A stretch of 64,000 nt of DNA. Source: an uncultured bacterium. Lineage in GTDB: Bacteria > Babelota > Babeliae > Babelales > JABCYS01. A model generated the notes under the pieces. The model did no database searches, had not been told where the DNA came from, and saw only the letters and a program-made list of their open reading frames with translations. This document shows, one piece after another, positions 58,166 to 64,000 of this stretch. The stretch spans positions 64,001-128,000 of the forward strand of contig CAVPKK010000006.1 in NCBI GenBank assembly GCA_963705705.1, given 5' to 3'. How positions within the stretch are numbered: position 1 is the first letter of the stretch; every line of letters starts with the position of its first letter. The position numbers and the translations under genes are program-made.

Positions 58166-58339
58166 GTTTTTTAGCGCCAAAGGGATTGGTTAGACATTCA
58201 GTAGGTTAGCATAGGTTTTGCAGAGCCAGAAATATTATGCGTCAACAATCAAAGAGAAAGGAAGTAAAGCCTATTGAATTCAATACAAACTCTTCTTTTT
58301 TGCCTGAGCAATATGTTATTTTCGGAACTAAAGAGGAAT

Positions 58340-58852
58340 ATGATGAAAATCAAACTAACAGCATTGTTTTTATTGACGGTATCTATTGCGGCGCAAGCGG
58401 AAGCGCCTTGCGAACCATATTGTGAAAAAGTATGCGATATAGCCCCTTGCCCCCCGGCCTTCGCACGCAACAACCAAGGCGACACGCCCTTGCATGCATT
58501 GGTTATGAATGCAGAAGAACAAGTGAGCAAGATTTTGCATGCGTTATGGCTGCAGGAAGCTGACGCTGGCCAAGAGCACACCCATTTATTTAATCGTTGG
58601 AAGAAAATGCTCAGGAGAAGGTTGCTCTTCATAAACAAACAATATCATGCAGATCTGGCCAGGTTACGTGGCTGCGGCGAAGAACAACTATATGAAATGA
58701 CCGATGTCAGAAATTATGAGGGTAAAACGGTCGCTGATTTGCTTGAATCGTTTCCAATGGTAGATCGCGAAGATGCTGCATATCTTAATATTCGTTATGA
58801 ATTAGTTAATGAGTTCTATGATGCGGTGATGCGGTTCATGGATAGTAAATGA
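58340..58852 (+). CDS. Small secreted protein with ankyrin-like motifs
   Basis: GAGGA RBS; signal peptide; RNNQGDTPLHAL, RNYEGKTVADL. Confidence 0.7.
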   Translation: MMKIKLTALFLLTVSIAAQAEAPCEPYCEKVCDIAPCPPAFARNNQGDTPLHALVMNAEEQVSKILHALWLQEADAGQEHTHLFNRWKKMLRRRLLFINKQYHADLARLRGCGEEQLYEMTDVRNYEGKTVADLLESFPMVDREDAAYLNIRYELVNEFYDAVMRFMDSK

Positions 58853-58866
58853 AAAAAGGAACAAAA

Positions 58867-59601
58867 ATGAATGCAAAAATCATATTTACTCTAATACTGC
58901 TAATAGGCAGTCAAATTAAGGCCATTTCATTTAAGGACTATTATCTGGAACATCACGATACAATCGATGAGCAACTTGTAAAAGGTGTGCTCAATTTAAA
59001 TGATAAAAGCCTGAGCGATTTAGTTGGCTTTGATGCGGAGCATGTACCGCATTTTCGTGACTTAACCGAGTTGTATCTTGAAAAAAATGATCTAAAAACA
59101 TTACCTGAATCATTTACACAACTTACCAAGTTACAGCGACTTAATGTGAGCAATAATCAAATTGAAGAAATACCAAAATGGATAAGTGATCTTAAGGAAC
59201 TTAAAAGCTTCCACCTTGCTGACAATAAGATAACCGAATTACCAAACACCCTTGGCAAGCTGTCCAATCTTAAAACGCTCGTGGTATCAAACAATCCATT
59301 AGCGGGTACAACAGCACATCAAAAAAAGCAGCTCGGGCTTCCAGCATCAGTTACATTGTTCTTTAAAACGCCTAAAGAAGAGGAAGCGGAAAAAAAACTT
59401 TTTATCGCATGCCAGGAAGATGATGTGAAATCTGTGCAAAATTGGCTTAACGTCTTAAGCACGATGCCTACGCCGTTAAAGAATACTCAGGATCTGAGCA
59501 AGATCAGAGACAATTATGGGTTAAGCATCTTGAACTGGGCAGGCAGCGTTGCGGTCGACAAATCAATTGAGGGTGCTGTCGCGGCGCAGAAGGCGAAGTA
59601 G
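58867..59601 (+). CDS. Secreted LRR protein, paralogue of 12042-13310
   Basis: Signal peptide; 23-aa LRRs; shared N-cap ISFxxYY..H and C-region D[IL]SKIRD..G. Confidence 0.85.
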   Translation: MNAKIIFTLILLIGSQIKAISFKDYYLEHHDTIDEQLVKGVLNLNDKSLSDLVGFDAEHVPHFRDLTELYLEKNDLKTLPESFTQLTKLQRLNVSNNQIEEIPKWISDLKELKSFHLADNKITELPNTLGKLSNLKTLVVSNNPLAGTTAHQKKQLGLPASVTLFFKTPKEEEAEKKLFIACQEDDVKSVQNWLNVLSTMPTPLKNTQDLSKIRDNYGLSILNWAGSVAVDKSIEGAVAAQKAK

Positions 59602-59617
59602 CTCATCTTGAGCAGCG

Positions 59618-59654
59618 CGCGCTTTGATTCTTCGATTAACTCAGAATGAGCGCG
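59618..59654. repeat. REP-like palindromic element
   Basis: CGCGCTTTGATTCTTCGATTAACTCAGAATGAGCGCG between convergent genes. Confidence 0.8.
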
Positions 59655-59686
59655 ATCAATGGTTAGCGAAGCGGCCACAAAATAGA

Positions 59687-61813
59687 CTACGTAGCAGAGA
59701 CTGAAGATGTTCGGTCATCCAATCCATATTCCTGCCACAACTTCTTAACAACGCTTTGACGTGAATAGCCGCGTTTGAGTTTAAAGTCGGGATGTTCACC
59801 ATCCGGTGCTTCAACGCAATAATTGCTAAATTCACCGCGGTTTTCATTTTCAAGACCGACAATAAGATCGCCATGATTGTGAGTAGCGTAAATGGTTAAC
59901 ATATTTGGCTTGCTAAATTTCTTCGCAAAGCGATACAACGTATTTTGCGCATCCTGCTGTGATGTCGCACGGAACAATTCGTCAAATAAATTGAACGCAA
60001 ATTGGCCTGGCTTCAATTTATTTACTTTACCCATTAAATAATTGCATGCGGTATCTAACTCAGTTTTAAATCCTGAAAGACCTTCGGCTTGGCTATCACG
60101 CAAATTCATAGCAGTGTTCAACATAGTAAATGGTGTCAGGCGCATTGATGCGGCTGGTGCAATACCAAGCGTTTGCGCTAGGAATATGCTATGACCAACA
60201 CCACGAACGATAGTAGATTTACCACCAGCGTTTGGCCCGGTAAGCATGATATTTTTTTCGTTTTGGCCAAAGGTAAGATTGTTAACGATCACATTGCTTA
60301 AATCGGTATCGCGGTGATCTTTATTCAGCGCAACTACTGGATTCCAGAATGATTGTAATTCTATTGATGGTTGATCTGCTGCCACATATTCTGGATAGCA
60401 AAATTTCACGTGCTTATCTTCGTATTCATCCATAAGCAACGCTACAGAAAGATAGGCATCAATGTAACCGATTGCGCGGAATAATCGTGCCCAAACATCC
60501 TTAGTCTTATCCATGAGATGATTTGCCGCAAAGAGTCGGCCGTAGTGGCTAAAGAGCGACCATGAGCTTGCGGTACCTTTAAAGGTATCGGTAGATAAAA
60601 TATCGAGTAATTTTTCAAAATCTGGAACTTGGCCAGGAACATCGAGGTATGAGAATAGATCATGGCACTCAGGAATAATTTTATCCAAGCCTAGCGTGCG
60701 CAATGCATATTTAGCAGTACGTAAAGAATTTACGGCAGCTGCAAGGCGAATAAGATCATCATGCAATACACGGTGGACCGTGATCATGGTTTTCATCTCA
60801 TCCCAATATTTAAAGGGCATAAATGGCAAGAACAAAGCATCTTGTACCATCTTGGTAGTGCCACCTACATTCTTCAAACCATTAAATATTCGCGTAACGC
60901 CGTATGCCATAGATCCCAATAAGAATCCATAAGACCCAATTCTTCTCTGAAAATCAGCTGCAAGGCCAGCATCACGGTTTTGACTTCTCTGCAAATTTTC
61001 AAGATCTCGTGCTGGATCTGGAAATATATGGTTGGTCAATGGATTATTCATCGTAACATCGCCAATCATTCCCAAAGTATGCAGCATATGGGTGAATTCA
61101 AGCGCTTTTATTAAACGCTCGATGCTTCCCATAACGAAATTCATACCCGGCGATGAATCAATTTTATCATAAAATTTTCCGACGAAATTTTTTTCCTTAA
61201 ACCATTCCGGCTGGAAGACACGCGGCGTGTAGTATTGCTTCAGGCTGGCCTTACGATCACTTTTATTGCTCATATGGAATAGCAAAAGTATCTCTTCAGC
61301 TTTGTGAATGCGCTGCAGCACATATTGCAATGATTTACGTTTCTGTTTATCTGTACGCAGAAGTTTAATGATTTCCTGACGGCGCTGGAGCTCCTGTATA
61401 TTGGTGACTGCTAATGGCTCAGTCAACATACCGGCAAGCATTGCACGGCCGAATACCGTTGTTGTTCTATTAATTGCATCAAAAAGATGAGGGAACAACT
61501 CTAAATCACGCCAAGAATATGGCGCTGCAAACCGTTGTGATTCTTCTACTGGCAAAGATCGATCGGCAGTGGCGAATAGTGAGAGGGTAAGATAATCCCG
61601 ATACGCCTCAGGTAATTTAGGGCTGAGAACTTCATCGAACGAACGTGGGTTTTCAAGGCTCACATCACGAGCCCCCAACATTTCACCCATAATCAGCCAA
61701 TAGCGTGAAACTTGTGATGGATAACCAGTTGAAGCTAGGCAGCCAAATGGAATCTGCAGGGCGAGTATGAGCGCAAGGAATCGCTTAATTAATCCCGATT
61801 TATTGAAGTGCAT
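59687..61813 (-). CDS. MutS-related ATPase (core and ATPase domains only) with signal-peptide-like N-terminus
   Basis: DLELF...INRTTTVFGR...RRQ; TGPNAGGKST, LAQTLG, FDELFRAT, ATH; no mismatch-binding domain I. Confidence 0.85.
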   Translation of the reverse strand: MHFNKSGLIKRFLALILALQIPFGCLASTGYPSQVSRYWLIMGEMLGARDVSLENPRSFDEVLSPKLPEAYRDYLTLSLFATADRSLPVEESQRFAAPYSWRDLELFPHLFDAINRTTTVFGRAMLAGMLTEPLAVTNIQELQRRQEIIKLLRTDKQKRKSLQYVLQRIHKAEEILLLFHMSNKSDRKASLKQYYTPRVFQPEWFKEKNFVGKFYDKIDSSPGMNFVMGSIERLIKALEFTHMLHTLGMIGDVTMNNPLTNHIFPDPARDLENLQRSQNRDAGLAADFQRRIGSYGFLLGSMAYGVTRIFNGLKNVGGTTKMVQDALFLPFMPFKYWDEMKTMITVHRVLHDDLIRLAAAVNSLRTAKYALRTLGLDKIIPECHDLFSYLDVPGQVPDFEKLLDILSTDTFKGTASSWSLFSHYGRLFAANHLMDKTKDVWARLFRAIGYIDAYLSVALLMDEYEDKHVKFCYPEYVAADQPSIELQSFWNPVVALNKDHRDTDLSNVIVNNLTFGQNEKNIMLTGPNAGGKSTIVRGVGHSIFLAQTLGIAPAASMRLTPFTMLNTAMNLRDSQAEGLSGFKTELDTACNYLMGKVNKLKPGQFAFNLFDELFRATSQQDAQNTLYRFAKKFSKPNMLTIYATHNHGDLIVGLENENRGEFSNYCVEAPDGEHPDFKLKRGYSRQSVVKKLWQEYGLDDRTSSVSAT

Positions 61814-62691
61814 TAGAAGCCACCTTGATTATAACTCTTCTCATATACTTCAAATGCACCGCATTCAATATCAACGCGAACGGCATACTGTGTTATTGCT
61901 TCAATGAGTTGCAGAACCGTTGCTTCACCTGATGCAAACAATGTCCGCATTTCTGCATTTGTTGTTTTGGTAATAGCCACAACATTTTTGATTACACCTG
62001 CAAAAGGCACCATATCTTCGGCGCGAGAACCCTCAGCCTTATATAATCCGATACGGAATTGCATATAGCCGCATAATTTGAGCGTTGCTTTGCTCAATTG
62101 CGCATACAAATGGCTCCAATATTCGATTTCGTCAGCTGTTGCGTTTTTGTCCGACACAAATTGTAATTCTCTTTCAACGGTTGTTTTATGACCGTTAAAG
62201 GAAGTGTTTGCATCTTTAAATGCCTTAATTGAGCTATAACGCTCTTGTCCCATTAATAAATCTTTTAATCTATCCAAAGCAAGACCGGCAAACGTGATTA
62301 TCGCAAATGTTTTGGCGATACCTTTTGCAGTATTACCAATACTTTCGGATTCAGACTGCTTTTCAATGTGCGCTTCCATTTTTTGCATTGATTTTGCAAG
62401 ACTCTCAAGTGTAGGCAGCACGATTGGTTCAGCTCCATCTGGTTTCTTTGTATCATCGTTCTTTTTACCGAGCAAGTAATAACTTAATCCACCTGCTAAT
62501 GCGAGTGCGAAACCGACAAAGGTAAAGTTTCTGGTTGCTTTAGTACTGTTGTAACCCGCATTCACTTTACAACAAGCTTGGTTGATCATTGCTGGGGTTA
62601 TATCGTGAAGTTCGGCTACTACCGCATTCAGTGGAGCAGTAATAAGGCATACGGTTAATAAAGGTATAAATATTCTTGTACGTATTTGCAT
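61813..62691 (-). CDS. Hypothetical membrane or exported protein
   Basis: AAGGAAG RBS; signal peptide plus two hydrophobic segments; stop overlaps the MutS-like start (TAATG). Confidence 0.7.
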   Translation of the reverse strand: MQIRTRIFIPLLTVCLITAPLNAVVAELHDITPAMINQACCKVNAGYNSTKATRNFTFVGFALALAGGLSYYLLGKKNDDTKKPDGAEPIVLPTLESLAKSMQKMEAHIEKQSESESIGNTAKGIAKTFAIITFAGLALDRLKDLLMGQERYSSIKAFKDANTSFNGHKTTVERELQFVSDKNATADEIEYWSHLYAQLSKATLKLCGYMQFRIGLYKAEGSRAEDMVPFAGVIKNVVAITKTTNAEMRTLFASGEATVLQLIEAITQYAVRVDIECGAFEVYEKSYNQGGF

Positions 62692-62746
62692 TTTTCTTCC
62701 TTAAAATAATAAAGAGTGCACCAAGCTACCATTTCTTACGTAGAGC

Positions 62747-63280
62747 TCAACTTCCCAGGGCACTCACTCTGTTATTAATAATCTGTAATGCTGTATGTAT
62801 CGAATGTAATTCTCGCGCCAATCGCGGATCATTAACTGCCGAGCCAAATTTATCTAATTGATGTAAGAATGGCTCGGTGCGCCAGTTAAAATAACGGTGC
62901 GCATCATATTCAGGTGCACGCAAACCCCAGCGACGGGAAATACCATCATAGCGATGACGTTGGGAAAAAAATCTTGAAACTAATGAATGTAGATTGTTTT
63001 GGTTATCAGCGCGGGCTATTTGTTCAATTTGCGGGTACCGGCTACGAACTCGCGAAAGCAATGCGCGTGCATCACTATTGATCCTACTCTGCGATGCCAC
63101 CTTATAATAAAGGACATCATATATAAAAGGAGCAGCCAGTAAGCATCCGATGCCGCCAGCTATATAGAAATACGGGCGGGCCGCAGAAAGATTAGGTGCG
63201 CTTGCACCCGCGTGCATTGATTGGTGTATTAAGGCACTCATGCCAACTAATAAAACCAGGGAAAGTTTCTTCTTCGTCAT
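62747..63280 (-). CDS. Hypothetical protein, signal peptide plus TM
   Basis: GGAGG RBS before MTKKK; YFYIAGGIGCLLAAPFIY TM segment. Confidence 0.65.
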   Translation of the reverse strand: MTKKKLSLVLLVGMSALIHQSMHAGASAPNLSAARPYFYIAGGIGCLLAAPFIYDVLYYKVASQSRINSDARALLSRVRSRYPQIEQIARADNQNNLHSLVSRFFSQRHRYDGISRRWGLRAPEYDAHRYFNWRTEPFLHQLDKFGSAVNDPRLARELHSIHTALQIINNRVSALGS

Positions 63281-63540
63281 AATTCCTCCATTAGGTGGCT
63301 TTGCCACTCAACTTCAAGCATGGTAGCCGGGTTAATAAGGCTCAGCAACAGGTAATAATTCGTATTGTAATGACAATGGCCGGCCTATACGCTGGCATTA
63401 ATGCATATTGCAATGGTGAATTGTTGCAAACTACATAGGCGTCCAAAAAAGGAAATGTATGGATTGACCGGCATTCACTTGCTGTTATGTACTTGACCTT
63501 ATTAAGTTGAACTGTGTAATTGAATGTAAAGGACACGATA

Positions 63541-64000
63541 ATGAAGAAAATAGTAGTTATAGCCTATGCTACCATGATGACTGCTGGGGTAGGGCAACCA
63601 TACCTTGAAACATCCGGCAGCCCCGAGACGCCAGCTCAGCTTGGCACGAAGCTACCAAAAGCCAGATTTACCCCACCATTATTGCCAGCGCCCCAACCAA
63701 AAAAACCGGCAAATAAGGAACGGTTCAATCCTCCATTATTACCATTACCTGCGCAGCAACTCAGGCCAGTGCCACCGCCAGTTCAAAAAAATCCGCCCGA
63801 CGCACAAGCCATGTTGCGTTACAAAGGAGAGGATAACCCATCTACCGAATCCGTACTTGCAGAAGGTCTGAAGAAACATCGGGCTGCATTGGAACTAGAG
63901 GAAGAAGAAGAACCAGAAGAAATCCTAGACCCTGAGAAAATGAAGCAGCTCACAAAACAGATTAAGCAAGCATTCCCACAGGATGATCGGTTGACCGATG
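63541..64000 (+). CDS. Secreted Pro-rich hypothetical protein (3' truncated, not in ORF track)
   Basis: AAGGA RBS; MKKIVVIAYATMMTAG; open to window end; RFTPPLLPAP / RFNPPLLPLP repeat, poly-Glu. Confidence 0.65.
   Translation, partial: MKKIVVIAYATMMTAGVGQPYLETSGSPETPAQLGTKLPKARFTPPLLPAPQPKKPANKERFNPPLLPLPAQQLRPVPPPVQKNPPDAQAMLRYKGEDNPSTESVLAEGLKKHRAALELEEEEEPEEILDPEKMKQLTKQIKQAFPQDDRLTD

Overview
64 kb bacterial window. Housekeeping genes (ftsW, pepA, trxB, rpiB, lolC/E-type permease, pgk, dnaA, pssA/psd, two tRNA-Arg, tlyA, an HtrA-type protease, glyQS, kup, rplU, mutS) are interleaved with many signal-peptide-bearing orphan proteins carrying eukaryote-like modules (LRR, ankyrin, MYND finger, F-box-like). 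This suggests an intracellular parasite of protists, plausibly Candidatus Dependentiae/Babeliota (TM6); the taxonomy is inference. Main observations: (1) three secreted paralogues with an invariant caspase-like (clan CD) His-Gly...Cys dyad; (2) five small secreted Gly/Tyr-rich proteins between an alpha/beta hydrolase and pepA; (3) a dispersed palindromic REP-like repeat, one copy inserted in frame in a signal peptide; (4) an FtsH-like AAA protein lacking the protease zinc site; (5) a uORF plus terminator upstream of a beta-helix gene; (6) a vapBC-like pair whose PIN toxin is internally deleted; (7) a shared ~110 bp upstream element before two candidate effectors; (8) a one-base frameshift in pgk. 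No CRISPR array, rRNA or intact transposase was seen. All calls are by eye; no searches were run.
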